Positions 48,066 to 57,843 are shown, counted from the first letter of the stretch. The stretch is DNA of 64,000 nt from Thermoplasmata archaeon (GCA_021827405.1 JAKAVY010000003.1:3735-67734), one strand, 5' to 3'. Translations and numbers: made by a program. The notes: a model not told the origin generated them from the sequence alone.

Positions 48066-49376
48066 ATGGTCCAAGCTACCCCGGGCCGGCCGCTCCCTTC
48101 CCCGCCCGCGAACGGGGTCCCGGGGCTCGCCGAGGTCCGGGGGGCCCGGCAGAACCTCTTGGGCATCGCCCTGGAGACCCCGCTCTGGGAGGCCCCGCCC
48201 TTCCCCGGTCTCCCCTCCGGCAAGCTCTGGTTCAAGCTCGAGACGCTCCAGCGGACCGGCTCGTTCAAGATCCGGGGGGCCTCCAACCGGATGGCCCACC
48301 TCACCCCCGAGGAGGCCCGCCGGGGGGTCATCGCGGCCAGCGCTGGCAACCACGCCCAGGGCGTGGCCTACGCCGCCCGGGCCCGGGGCATCCCCGCCAC
48401 CATCGTGATGCCGAAGGGGGCTTCCCCCTCCAAGGTCCTCGCCACCGAGGCCCTGGGGGCCCGGGTGGTCCTCGCCGGGGCCGACTATCAGGAGGCCTGG
48501 GAGGAATGCGAGGCGCTCCGAGAGAGGGAAGGACTGACCCTGGTGCACCCCTTCGACGACCCGGCGGTCATCGCCGGGCAGGGGACGGTCGGGTTGGAGA
48601 TCCTCGAGGCGCTCCCGTCGGTGGGCACGGTGGTCGCCGGCGTCGGCGGAGGGGGCCTCCTGGCCGGCCTTGCCGTGGCCTTGCATGCGGTCCGGCCCGA
48701 GGTCCGCCTGGTGGGCGTCCAGGCCGCCGCCGCGGGCTCGCTGAAGGCCTCCCTCCTCGCCGGCCGCGTCCTGGAGGGCCCCGCCCCCTCCACCTTCGCG
48801 GACGGGATCGCCACGCGCCGGGTCGGCGACCTGACCTTCCAGATCCTGAGGGAGCACGCGGTCCAGGCCGTGGAGGTGACGGAGTCCGAGCTCGCCCGGG
48901 CCATCTTCCTCCTCCTGGAACGGGCCCACCTCCTCACCGAGGGGGCGGGGGCCGCCCCCTTCGCCGCGCTGCTCGCCCACCCGGAGCTCCTTGAGGACCC
49001 GGCCCCCACGGTGGCGGTGCTCAGCGGAGGGAACCTGGACGCGTTCCTCCTGGACCGGATCCTCTGGTCGGGGCTCGCCGCCGACGGCCGCATCCTCCAC
49101 CTGACCATCCCCTTGAAGGACCGCCCGGGGGCGCTGGCCGAGCTCCTTGCCGCGGTGGCCCGGACCGGGGCGAACGTCTACACCATCCGGCACGACCGGG
49201 AGTCCCCGACCCTGCCCCCCGGGCAGGCCTCGGTGGAGCTGGAGCTGGAGGTCCGGGACCTGGAACAGGGCGAGGGGGTCGGGAGGGCCCTTCAGCAGGC
49301 CGGCTACGCGGTGGTGAGGAAGCTCCCCGCGGCCTCTTCCCCCCCCCGGCGTTCCGCTGCGGGGGAAAGGACTTAG
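48066..49376 (+). CDS. ilvA: threonine dehydratase/ammonia-lyase (PLP-dependent) with a C-terminal ACT-like regulatory domain
   Basis: The SFKIRGA PLP-lysine motif and the G-rich loop GVGGGGLLAG are present. The antisense 629-aa ORF is spurious. Confidence 0.85.
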   Translation: MVQATPGRPLPSPPANGVPGLAEVRGARQNLLGIALETPLWEAPPFPGLPSGKLWFKLETLQRTGSFKIRGASNRMAHLTPEEARRGVIAASAGNHAQGVAYAARARGIPATIVMPKGASPSKVLATEALGARVVLAGADYQEAWEECEALREREGLTLVHPFDDPAVIAGQGTVGLEILEALPSVGTVVAGVGGGGLLAGLAVALHAVRPEVRLVGVQAAAAGSLKASLLAGRVLEGPAPSTFADGIATRRVGDLTFQILREHAVQAVEVTESELARAIFLLLERAHLLTEGAGAAPFAALLAHPELLEDPAPTVAVLSGGNLDAFLLDRILWSGLAADGRILHLTIPLKDRPGALAELLAAVARTGANVYTIRHDRESPTLPPGQASVELELEVRDLEQGEGVGRALQQAGYAVVRKLPAASSPPRRSAAGERT

Positions 49377-49400
49377 GAGGAAGCCGCCTCGTCGCGGACC

Positions 49401-49907
49401 ATGAGTTCGGACCCTCCCCGGGAGGACGCGCCGGACCTCCCCCTCGCGGCCCCCCATTTCTGGCAGGTGCCGGAGGCCGAGCGGGAGCTCGACCGGATCT
49501 CCCCCCGCCTGGTGATGCTCCGGGAGCAGGTCGCCCGCCTGGCCCAGATCCAGGAGGAACGGGAACGCCTGGCCCGCCTCTGGGGCAAGGAGGTGGATGC
49601 CGCGGACCACCCGGACGCGGCCCGGATCCGCCGGCTGGAGCGGGAGTGGCAAACGCTGTACCGGACGGTGGAGGCGGACCTGGAGCGCTGGAGGGACCGG
49701 GGCATCGAGGTCAAGGATCTCAACGCCGGCCTGGTGGACTTCTACGCCCTGAGGAAAGGGGAGGTGATCCTCCTCTGCTGGAAGAGCGACGAGGACGGGA
49801 TCCACCATTGGCACCCGCTGAACGGAGGCTTCCGGGGTCGGCGTCGCCTCACCGAGTCCGAGCGGGGTGGGGGGCTCGACCCCGATCCCCGGGACCCCCC
49901 TCCCTGA
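49401..49907 (+). CDS. DUF2203-like protein
   Basis: A coiled-coil N-terminus is followed by IEVKDLNAGLVDFYALRKGEVILLCWKSDEDGIHHWH. Confidence 0.45.
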   Translation: MSSDPPREDAPDLPLAAPHFWQVPEAERELDRISPRLVMLREQVARLAQIQEERERLARLWGKEVDAADHPDAARIRRLEREWQTLYRTVEADLERWRDRGIEVKDLNAGLVDFYALRKGEVILLCWKSDEDGIHHWHPLNGGFRGRRRLTESERGGGLDPDPRDPPP

Positions 49908-49916
49908 GGGCCCCTC

Positions 49917-50894
49917 TCACGAGGGGGGCCGTCCCGGCGGCGGGGAGCCGGGCAGGTAGAGCGGCCGCTGGAGGATCACCAGGGCGAAGGTGGCCACCGC
50001 TCCCAACACCCCGGCCACCATCGGCGGGACCAGGAGCCAGGGCGTGGGCTGGAGGAAGAGGATGGTGAACCCTCCGGCCACGGCGAGCCCGGGGCCCAAG
50101 ACGGCCGCCGCCCCCCCCACCACTCCCCGCGCCGGGGGACGCCCCCGGAGGATGGAGACGGCCCCCCAGACGGCCAGGAGGCCCATGAGGGCCTCCAGGG
50201 CGGAGGTGGAGAAGAGGGAGGCCAGGTAGGTCTCGAGATCCGGGAAGGGGGACACCGCGAGCACCCGGGAGGCGTTCGGGCCGCTCCCCGGCACCACGAC
50301 CAGGGTCAGGTCCGTCAGGTTCCCCTGGGGGGCCTTGAAGTACGGGGAGAGGAAGAACTGGAGGGTGAGGCTGCCGTATCCCGGCGCCTCCGCGGAGAGG
50401 GCGTGCTCCCCGGGGGAAAGACAGGGGAAGTCGAAGGCCCCTCCCGCGCCGGTCCGCGTGGAGTTCGGCCCGGCCGAGCCGGTGACGTTCACCCAGGCCC
50501 CGGGGAGGGGCGTTTCCGTCCCCGTCTGCGGGTCCAGCGCCAGCACGCTCCCGGCGACCCGCTGGTCGCTTGCCCCGAACGTCGCCGCCCCGAGCCCTCC
50601 GAGCACCCCCGCGATCCCGAGGAGAAGGACCGCGGCCACGAGGACCAGGACCCCCAGGGCCCGCCGCGTCCGGGGGAGCGGCTGGCGCGGGCCCCGGGTC
50701 TCCGGGTAAAGCCCGGGGTAGACCTCCCACGCGAACAGGGGAGGATGGGGTCGAGGCGGGAGGACCGGCGTGGGCTGGCCGCACCGGGGGCAGTACGACC
50801 AGCCCACGGCCACCTGCGAGGGGGGATAGAAGACCCGGAACTCGGCCCGGCAGCGCGGGCAACGGGCTACCGTGGAGCCAGGGGGGGCATACAC
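49917..50894 (-). CDS. zinc-ribbon membrane protein with a carboxypeptidase-regulatory-like (Ig-like) domain
   Basis: An N-terminal CPRC...CPRC ribbon is followed by a TM helix, an extracytoplasmic beta-sandwich region, and C-terminal TM helices. Confidence 0.45.
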   Translation of the reverse strand: MYAPPGSTVARCPRCRAEFRVFYPPSQVAVGWSYCPRCGQPTPVLPPRPHPPLFAWEVYPGLYPETRGPRQPLPRTRRALGVLVLVAAVLLLGIAGVLGGLGAATFGASDQRVAGSVLALDPQTGTETPLPGAWVNVTGSAGPNSTRTGAGGAFDFPCLSPGEHALSAEAPGYGSLTLQFFLSPYFKAPQGNLTDLTLVVVPGSGPNASRVLAVSPFPDLETYLASLFSTSALEALMGLLAVWGAVSILRGRPPARGVVGGAAAVLGPGLAVAGGFTILFLQPTPWLLVPPMVAGVLGAVATFALVILQRPLYLPGSPPPGRPPS

Positions 50895-50937
50895 GCAAGA
50901 TTAGAGAGGAGGGACGGGATAACTGTTCGGTCCCGGC

Positions 50938-51576
50938 ATGGACGCCCGTCCCCCCTCCTCCCTGGCGTCCCGCGACCCCCCACGAAGGGACCGGTCCGGC
51001 AAGCCGCACCCCCGGGTCTTCGCCTTCGATGATGCTCCCTTCCGCTTCGGGCAGAAGGAGACCGCGCTGGTGGGGGTGGTGGTCGCCCTGCCGGGGTATC
51101 TGGAGGGTTTGCTGAAGGGGTCCGTCGCAGTGGACGGGGACGAGGCCACCGAGACCTTGAGCCGCCTGGTGAACGCTTCCCGGTTCCGGCCGGCGAGCCA
51201 GGCGATCCTGCTCGGCGGCATCAGCCTGGGCGGGTTCAACGTGGTGGACCTCGCCGCCCTCCACCGGCGGACCGGCCTCCCCGTGGTCACCGTGACCCGG
51301 CGACGGCCCGACCTGGCGGCCATGAGGAGGGCGCTCGAGCTCCACGCCGGGGAACGGGCGGAGGAACGGGAACGGCGCCTTGGCGAGTTCCCCCTCTTCC
51401 CCTTCCGCTCCGGCCCCCAACCCCTCTGGGTGGCCGCGGTGGGGCTTACCCCCGAAGAGGCCGTCGCGCTGCTCCGCAAGAGCCTGGTGCGGGGTTCCTA
51501 CCCCGAGCCGCTGCGCCTCGCCCACCGGATCGCGGCGCTCCTGACCGACGGACCGGTCCCCCGGTCCCGGGCCTGA
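50938..51576 (+). CDS. DUF99 (UPF0215) family protein
   Basis: VFAFDDAPF...LVGVVV...AILLGGISLGGFNVVD is present. Confidence 0.55.
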   Translation: MDARPPSSLASRDPPRRDRSGKPHPRVFAFDDAPFRFGQKETALVGVVVALPGYLEGLLKGSVAVDGDEATETLSRLVNASRFRPASQAILLGGISLGGFNVVDLAALHRRTGLPVVTVTRRRPDLAAMRRALELHAGERAEERERRLGEFPLFPFRSGPQPLWVAAVGLTPEEAVALLRKSLVRGSYPEPLRLAHRIAALLTDGPVPRSRA

Positions 51577-51699
51577 CGGGTCCCGGCCGGGGAGGTCCTG
51601 AGGTCTCCCCGAGGCTCCCCGGCCGGGCCGCCGGGGGCCGCGTCTTGAGCCTCCCTCCCCGGCCCAAGGCTTAATCGGCAGGGTACCTTCGCCGGGCCG

Positions 51700-51806
51700 G
51701 GGCCTGTAGCATAGCCTGGACCGATGCACTGGCCTTCTAAGCCAGGGAACTGGGGTTCAAAGGCGCGGGGGGACCGACCTCCGGGCGGGGATTCCCCACA
51801 GGCCCG
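51700..51806 (+). tRNA. tRNA-Arg(TCT) with a putative non-canonical intron of about 31 nt in the T-loop (between positions 59 and 60); CCA is not encoded
   Basis: The acceptor stem is GGGCCTG/CAGGCCC, all Watson-Crick pairs. U8 is present, the D-stem is GCAT/ATGC, and the anticodon arm is CTGGC-CTTCTAA-GCCAG. The T-stem is TGGGG/CCCCA. The T-loop TTCAAA is interrupted by 51762..51792 before T and CCCCA. Confidence 0.7.
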
Positions 51807-52817
51807 TCACCCCCCCTGCCGTCCGGAGGGCGCGTCCTCGGCTTCTTCCCGGGAACGCTCCCGGGCCCACTCCCCCGGCGTGAGGTAGCTCTCCAGGACG
51901 GGGAGGTAGACCGGCGGGGTCCCGGTGATCTCCGCCAACCCGCGGGCCCGGAGGGTCTCCAGGGAGGAACGGGCCAGTTCCAAGGAGACCTCCAGGCAGG
52001 CGGCCAGCTCGGGGGGGGAGATCTGCCGGGACTCGAACAGGATCTCCAGCGCCCTCCGGGGGATGAGCGGGAGCGTCCACTGGGCCACGAACCGGTCGAA
52101 GCCCGCGCAGAGCCGGGAGGAACGGAAGGCGGTCAGGTCCAGGGGGAGCCGGCCTGCCCGGGGGTCCTGCAGGAGCCGGTTCAGCAGGAGGTCCAGCTCG
52201 TAGCGGATCCGGGTCTCCGGCAGATAGAAGAGCAGTTCCAGCCGGTACGGGACCACCCCGTGGTGCCGGGTGAAGCGGTGCAGGTTCCGCCAGGAGAAGA
52301 GCCCGAACGGAAGCGGCGGGGGAGGGGTTCCTTGCTGGATGGCCTGCTCATGGGCGAGGGGTCGCGGGACGAAGGCCTCCCGGAAGGCGAAACGGACCAC
52401 CCCCTCCTCCAGGTCGGGGGTCCCGTGCGGGTCCATCAGCTCCTTCGTGAGGTCCCCCACGGGGAGGAAGGCCCCCGTCCCCCGGCCATCGACCCGGAAG
52501 GTGAGGGAGCGGCAGGGCGGGTTGAACTCGTAGGCCCCGGTCTCCCGGGCAGGGTCGGTGAAGTTCACGGTCACCTCCGGAGCCGGTTCCGGCTCCAGCA
52601 GGAGCTGGGCGAAATTGCCGTATCGGCGGCCGTTGGCCTCCCAATGGAGGCGTCCCAGGCTCCGCGGCTTGCGGTGTCCCACATCCCAGAGGCTCCGCCG
52701 GAGCAGCTTCTGGGAGTACGCCTCGTGCAGCTCCGGGGGGGCCAGCCGGGCCAACTGCTCGAAATCCACCCACGGATTGGGAGGAGCGGAGGCCGCCGGT
52801 TCGTTCGTTGGACTCAT
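51807..52817 (-). CDS. hypothetical protein (336 aa)
   Basis: It is a clean ORF with no recognised motif. Its stop abuts the tRNA 3' end. Confidence 0.4.
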   Translation of the reverse strand: MSPTNEPAASAPPNPWVDFEQLARLAPPELHEAYSQKLLRRSLWDVGHRKPRSLGRLHWEANGRRYGNFAQLLLEPEPAPEVTVNFTDPARETGAYEFNPPCRSLTFRVDGRGTGAFLPVGDLTKELMDPHGTPDLEEGVVRFAFREAFVPRPLAHEQAIQQGTPPPPLPFGLFSWRNLHRFTRHHGVVPYRLELLFYLPETRIRYELDLLLNRLLQDPRAGRLPLDLTAFRSSRLCAGFDRFVAQWTLPLIPRRALEILFESRQISPPELAACLEVSLELARSSLETLRARGLAEITGTPPVYLPVLESYLTPGEWARERSREEAEDAPSGRQGG

Positions 52818-53057
52818 CCGACGCTTGGGAAAGGGACCCCCAATGGATTAAACCGTTCGGGAACGGGCCCGAGGGAGGCCCTTTCCCGTCTCCCCAGCCG
52901 ACCTTACGGCGGCCGGTGCCGCCCGGCGACCCCTCCTTCGGGGGGCGGGGGCGAGGGGGCCCGGGCTGTCACCCCCGGCCAGGGGCCCCGCTTCAGTGGA
53001 CCGATGACCCCTTAAGGGGGGAGCCGGCTGCCGGAGCGCTGAGGGGAAGGAACGCAC

Positions 53058-54329
53058 GTGCGGCTGGCCTACTTCTCGGACAGCTTCCTTCCCACCCACG
53101 ATGGGGTCTCCCACTTCCTGCTCTATCTCGGTCGGGAGCTGACCCGCCAGGGCCACGAGGTCACGCTCTTCACGCCCCGGTCCGGGACCGGGAAGGAGGA
53201 GGGCTCCTACGGCTTCCCCGTGGTACGGCTCCCCTCCATCCCCTTGCCGTACTATCCTCAGTATCGCTGGGCCGTGCTCCCGGGCCTGGCGCTGGCCGGC
53301 CGGGCCAAAGACTTCGACCTCGTCCATGTGCACACCCCGGGGCCGGTCGGGACCACGGGGCTCTTCGCCGGGAGGCATTGGGGGGTCCCCGTGGTGGGCA
53401 CCTTCCATACCAACCTCAAGGACATGCAACAGAGCCTCCCGGAGACCTGGGCCACCCGCGCCTTCTTCCGGTTCGCCTGGCGCTGGAACGCCGGGCTCTA
53501 CGCCCGGTGCGACCAGGTCACGGTCCCCCAGGAGGAGGGAGGTCGCCTGCTGGAGGGGGTGTTCACCCACCGGCGGGCTCCGGTGGAGGTGATCCCCCAC
53601 GGGGTGGACACTTCCCGGTTCCGCCCGGGCCTCGTCGACGTCCCCTGGGGCGAACGTCTCGGGGCGAACGGCCGGCCCCTGGTCCTCTTCTGCGGCCGTC
53701 TCACGGTGGACAAGGGGGTGCACCGGCTGCTCGATGCCCTCGCCCGGCTCCCCGGAGACCTTCCCTTCCTGGGGGTCATCGCCGGCACGGGTCCGGAGTC
53801 CGACCGGGTCAAGGCCCGGACCGAAGCGGAGCCCGGCCTGGTGGGCCGGACCGTCTGCGTAGGCTCCCTGCCCGAGAGCGACAAGCCCTCCCTCTTCTCG
53901 CAGAGCTCCCTCTTCGCCCTTCCGTCCACGGCCGATCTCCAACCCCTGGCCCTGCTGGAGGCCATGGCCTCGGGATTGGCGGTGGTGGTGGGAGACCAGG
54001 GGGGCCCGGCCCGGATGGTACGGAGCGGGGAGGACGGCTGGACCGTGGACCCCAAGGACCCCGAGGCGCTCTCCCAGGCCCTCCGCCGGCTCCTGAGCGA
54101 TGCGGGTCTTCGGGCCCGGCTCGGGAGCCACGCCCGGGCCCGGGTGGAGGCCCGCTTCAGCCAGCAGCGGACCTTAGAGCAGTTCCTGGACCTGTACGAG
54201 GGGGTCCGGCCGGGGGGAAAGCCGGTGAAGGCCGGGGGCCGGGTCCGGCCGCTGGTCGGCGGGCCCCGGGGGCCGCGGGAGGAAGGCCCGCGGCGGGGGC
54301 AGCTCACGGGGCCTTCACCACGTGATTGA
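53058..54329 (+). CDS. family 4 glycosyltransferase (GT-B)
   Basis: It has an N-terminal GT4 donor-independent domain, and EALASGLAVVVGDQGG is the C-terminal E-x7-E region. Confidence 0.8.
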   Translation: MRLAYFSDSFLPTHDGVSHFLLYLGRELTRQGHEVTLFTPRSGTGKEEGSYGFPVVRLPSIPLPYYPQYRWAVLPGLALAGRAKDFDLVHVHTPGPVGTTGLFAGRHWGVPVVGTFHTNLKDMQQSLPETWATRAFFRFAWRWNAGLYARCDQVTVPQEEGGRLLEGVFTHRRAPVEVIPHGVDTSRFRPGLVDVPWGERLGANGRPLVLFCGRLTVDKGVHRLLDALARLPGDLPFLGVIAGTGPESDRVKARTEAEPGLVGRTVCVGSLPESDKPSLFSQSSLFALPSTADLQPLALLEAMASGLAVVVGDQGGPARMVRSGEDGWTVDPKDPEALSQALRRLLSDAGLRARLGSHARARVEARFSQQRTLEQFLDLYEGVRPGGKPVKAGGRVRPLVGGPRGPREEGPRRGQLTGPSPRD

Positions 54330-55092
54330 AGTCCCGCTCCAGCGTCTTCACCTGGGAGAGGGGCATGGTCTCCGGGTCGGTGCTCACCAGGAGCACCCCC
54401 CGATGCCGCCGGACCTCCCCGCTCGCCCAGTAGAGGAACTTGATCGAGGACTCGAACCCGTTGCAGGTGTTGAGGAAATCGAAGGCCTCCAGGTAGATGA
54501 GCCGAGGGACCTTCTCCTGGCCCAGGAAGTCCTGGACGCGGCCGGTCAGTCCGCTCACGTTGCTGGAGGCGGGCTCCGTCCCGGGCTCGCTGGTGCTCTC
54601 CACCCCCAGATCGAGGATCTGGAGCTGTTCCGCCGGCGCGATGCGGCGAAGCTCCCCGGCGAGGCGCGTGAGGCCCAGGGCCCCGCCCAGCCGGGGCAGG
54701 CTCTCCACCACGAAGCGACGCGCCAGTTGCGGGCGCTCCTCGAGGAACAGGTAGGTGTACCCCGGAAGCAGCGGGGGGAAGGCCGAACGCGCGTCGGTCC
54801 CCCGGAGCCGGAGCAGGTTCTCCAGCGGGATGGCCCGGGGAGCGCTCAGGAGCGTCCGTCGCTTCAAGGCCACTTCCTCGTCGAGGTGGGCGAGACGGCT
54901 CTCCGCGAAGATCCGTAGCTCGGCAGGGGTATGCCCCCGGCTGGCCCAGGCCATGACCTCCCTAAGGGCGCTGCGGACGCCGTCCCCGAACCCCCGGGAG
55001 TAGGCCCCCGCCCCCTCGTCGGGGCCTCCCTCGGTCTCGGGCCGCCGCTCCCCGAGCCCCCGCCGCTCCGGTAAGGGGGTCTCCTCGCTCAC
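54304..55092 (-). CDS. DUF835-like protein
   Basis: The C-terminal RLIYLEAFDFLNTCNGFESSIKFLYWASGEVRRHRGVLLVSTDPETMPLSQVKTLERDF resembles DUF835. It overlaps the DUF35 gene by 4 nt. Confidence 0.45.
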   Translation of the reverse strand: MSEETPLPERRGLGERRPETEGGPDEGAGAYSRGFGDGVRSALREVMAWASRGHTPAELRIFAESRLAHLDEEVALKRRTLLSAPRAIPLENLLRLRGTDARSAFPPLLPGYTYLFLEERPQLARRFVVESLPRLGGALGLTRLAGELRRIAPAEQLQILDLGVESTSEPGTEPASSNVSGLTGRVQDFLGQEKVPRLIYLEAFDFLNTCNGFESSIKFLYWASGEVRRHRGVLLVSTDPETMPLSQVKTLERDFNHVVKAP

Positions 55093-55577
55093 GTCCGGGC
55101 CGGTCGGGGGCCCTCCCTCCGGGGCTCAGGGACGCTCTCGCCCTCGGGGGCCACCGGTTCCCGGCCCTCCTCCCGGGCCACGGCGAACTTGTACCCGTAG
55201 TGGATGACCCCCGACTTCCCCTCTTCCCTGAGCTTCCGGAAGGTGGCCTGGACCCGGAGCCCCACATGGACCTCGGCGGGCAGGACGTCCACCACCTGGC
55301 CGGTGAGGATGGGGCCCTCGGGGGTCTTCACCAGGGCGAGGACGTACGGCACCTGCATCTCGAACCCCTCGGCGGGGTCGTGGACCACGGTGAAGGAGTA
55401 GACCTCCCCTTCCCCGGAGAGCTGCAGCGGCTCCATCTTGCCCAGGGAGCGCCGGTGCTCCGGGCAGGTGGGACAGACGGCCCGGGGGGGAAAGAAGGCG
55501 CTCCCGCAGGAGGAACAGCGGCTCCCGCCGAGGTTGTAGCGTTGCGGCGTCTCGCGCCAGAACCGTGCGATGGTCAT
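55089..55577 (-). CDS. DUF35 OB-fold/zinc-ribbon protein (scaffold of the archaeal thiolase/HMG-CoA synthase complex)
   Basis: CSSCGSAFFPPRAVCPTC is a rubredoxin-like ribbon, followed by an OB fold. Confidence 0.7.
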   Translation of the reverse strand: MTIARFWRETPQRYNLGGSRCSSCGSAFFPPRAVCPTCPEHRRSLGKMEPLQLSGEGEVYSFTVVHDPAEGFEMQVPYVLALVKTPEGPILTGQVVDVLPAEVHVGLRVQATFRKLREEGKSGVIHYGYKFAVAREEGREPVAPEGESVPEPRREGPRPART

Positions 55578-55593
55578 GGTCCTCTTCCCTCCC

Positions 55594-56763
55594 TCAGTTC
55601 ACCCGCTCCAAAAGATGGATGGCCGCCGTCGCCCCGGTCCCGCCGAGGTTGTGGCTTAAGGCCCGCGTGACCCCCGGGACCTGGCGTTCCTTCGCCTCGC
55701 CCCGGAGCTGCTCTACGAGCTCCACCACCTGGGCGACGCCCACCGCGCCGAAGGGCTGTCCCTGGGCCTTGAGCCCCCCGGAGGGGTTCAGGGTGAGGGT
55801 GTCCCCGGTCCCGAAACTGCGGTCCCTCAGGGCGCTCCCGCCGGCCCCCTTCTCCACGAACCCCAGGTCCTCCAGGGCCAGGAGCCCGCTGATGGAGTAG
55901 GCGTCGTGGACCTCGGCGAGGCGGATCCCCTTGGCTTCCCAGCCGGTCCGGCGATAGGCGGCCCGCGCGGCGAAGACGGTGGCGTCCAGGGTCGTGGGGT
56001 CCCGGCGGTGCTGGAGGGCGAGGGTATCGCAGGCCACCTCGCTGGCGGCGATGCGGATGGGGGTGTCCGTGTAGCGCCGGGCCAGCTCGAGCGGCCCCAG
56101 CACCAAGGCCGCGGCCCCGTCGGAGGAGGGGGCGCAGTCCAACATCCCTAACGGCTCGGCCACCGGCGGTGCGTGGAGCACCTGGTCCAGGGTGATCCGG
56201 TTGCGGAAGTGGGCCCGGGGGTTCTTCGAGCCCATCTCGTGGGCCAGGACGCTCATCCGGGCGAAGTCCTCGCGCCGGGTCCCGTACTCCTGCATGTGCC
56301 GGCGGGCGATGAGGGCCCAGAGGGCGGGGAGGGTGGCGCCGAAGACGGTCTCCCACTCCTGGTCCGCCGCGGCGCTGGTGATGGCGAGCTGGAGGTCCTC
56401 CGGTACATCGGTCATCTTCTCGGCCCCCCCCACCATGACGAAGTCGTGGGCCCCGCTCGCCACGGCCAGGTACGCCTGGTGGAGCGCCACGGCGCCGGAG
56501 GCGCCGCCCGCCTCCACCCGGATCCCCGGGAGGTGGTGGGGAGCCAGTCCGGCGTAGTCCAGGATGAGCGGGGCGATGTGCTCCTGGTCGAGGAAGGCGC
56601 CGCTCGCCATGTTCCCCAGGTAAAGGGCCCCCAGGTCATGGGAGCCGAGCTTGGCCTGGGTGAGGGCGGAGAAGCCGGCCTCGATGCCGATCTCCCGGAA
56701 GGAGCGGTCCCAGAGCTCGCCGAAGCGCGTTTGCCCCACCCCAAGGACGGCCACGTCGCGCAT
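55594..56763 (-). CDS. acetoacetyl-CoA thiolase (SCP2-type, archaeal mevalonate pathway)
   Basis: It has a thiolase fold with a nucleophile region and a C-terminal GGLKAQGQPFGAVG. Confidence 0.85.
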   Translation of the reverse strand: MRDVAVLGVGQTRFGELWDRSFREIGIEAGFSALTQAKLGSHDLGALYLGNMASGAFLDQEHIAPLILDYAGLAPHHLPGIRVEAGGASGAVALHQAYLAVASGAHDFVMVGGAEKMTDVPEDLQLAITSAAADQEWETVFGATLPALWALIARRHMQEYGTRREDFARMSVLAHEMGSKNPRAHFRNRITLDQVLHAPPVAEPLGMLDCAPSSDGAAALVLGPLELARRYTDTPIRIAASEVACDTLALQHRRDPTTLDATVFAARAAYRRTGWEAKGIRLAEVHDAYSISGLLALEDLGFVEKGAGGSALRDRSFGTGDTLTLNPSGGLKAQGQPFGAVGVAQVVELVEQLRGEAKERQVPGVTRALSHNLGGTGATAAIHLLERVN

Positions 56764-56766
56764 GGC

Positions 56767-57825
56767 CTAGCTCCCTCCCAGGTGGATCTTGCCCCGGAAC
56801 TTCGCGTAGAGGGCATAGTTCAGTGGCGTCCCCCCGTCCAGGAACTCCTGGATCCGGGGGCCCTGCCGGTCGAACTGGTGGATCCGGTCGGAGACGGTCA
56901 GGTCGAACGCGTCGGAGCCGGCCCCGCTGCCGTAGCCCACCACCAGGACCCGGTCCCCGGGGTCCGCGTGGTCCAGCACGTTGGCGAGCCCGAGGAGGGC
57001 GGCCCCGGAGTAGGTGTTCCCCAGGTAGGGGGTGACGAGCCCGTAGCGCATCTGTTCGTCGGTGAACCCCAGGGTCTTCCCGATGCGCTGGGGGAACTTG
57101 CCGTTCGGCTGGTGGAAGACCACGTGCCGGTAGTCCTTCGGGGTCATCTCCATGCGTTCCATCATCCGCCGGCCGCACTCCCCCACGTGCCGGAAGAAGG
57201 CCGGCTCACCGGTGAAGCGCCCACCGTGGCTGGGATAGCGCTGGCCTTCCCGGCGCCAGAAGTCCGGCGTGTCCGTGGTGAAGCTCTCCGTGGCGTTGAT
57301 CTCCGCCAGCAGGCGCTCCCGTCCGATGATGAAGGCGGCCCCCCCGGCGCTGGCGGAGTACTCCAGGGCGTCCCCGGGAGCCCCCTGGGAGGTGTCCGAG
57401 CCGATGGCCACCCCGTAGGTGATCATCCGGCTCTTCACCAGTCCCATGCAGGTCTGGATGGCCGCGGTGCCGGCCTTGCAGGCGAACTCGAAGTCGGCGG
57501 CGGTGAGGTACGGGGTGGCTCCCACGGCCTGGGCGACCACGGTGGCGGTGGGCTTGACCGCGTAGGGGTGGCTCTCGCTCCCCACGTAGAGCGCCCCGAT
57601 GCTCTGGGGGGAGATGCGACCCCGGGCGAGCGCCTGGCGGAGGGCCTCGGTGGAGATGGTGATGGTGTCCTCGTCCGGGGCCGGGACCGACTTCCTAAAG
57701 ACCCCGAGCCCCTTCCCCATGGCCTCCCCGTCGGCTCCCCAGACGGCCCCGATCTCCGCCGGTGCGATCCGGTAGCGCGGGACGTATGCGCCGTAGCTCA
57801 CGATGCCCACGGGCTCTTCGCTCAT
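56767..57825 (-). CDS. hydroxymethylglutaryl-CoA synthase (archaeal)
   Basis: [15 protein letters not shown] and [12 protein letters not shown] (active Cys) are present, with a C-terminal [11 protein letters not shown]. Confidence 0.85.
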   Translation of the reverse strand: MSEEPVGIVSYGAYVPRYRIAPAEIGAVWGADGEAMGKGLGVFRKSVPAPDEDTITISTEALRQALARGRISPQSIGALYVGSESHPYAVKPTATVVAQAVGATPYLTAADFEFACKAGTAAIQTCMGLVKSRMITYGVAIGSDTSQGAPGDALEYSASAGGAAFIIGRERLLAEINATESFTTDTPDFWRREGQRYPSHGGRFTGEPAFFRHVGECGRRMMERMEMTPKDYRHVVFHQPNGKFPQRIGKTLGFTDEQMRYGLVTPYLGNTYSGAALLGLANVLDHADPGDRVLVVGYGSGAGSDAFDLTVSDRIHQFDRQGPRIQEFLDGGTPLNYALYAKFRGKIHLGGS

Positions 57826-57843
57826 TCGTTCCTTCCTGGCCCC

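Noticed and set aside
47925-49814. 629-aa minus-strand ORF
   Set aside because: It lies opposite the well-supported threonine dehydratase gene. It is Pro/Gly/Arg-rich, a translation typical of antisense frames in 68% GC DNA. The same applies to 26054..27742, 52848..54131, 56173..58665, 61072..63852 and many others in the track.
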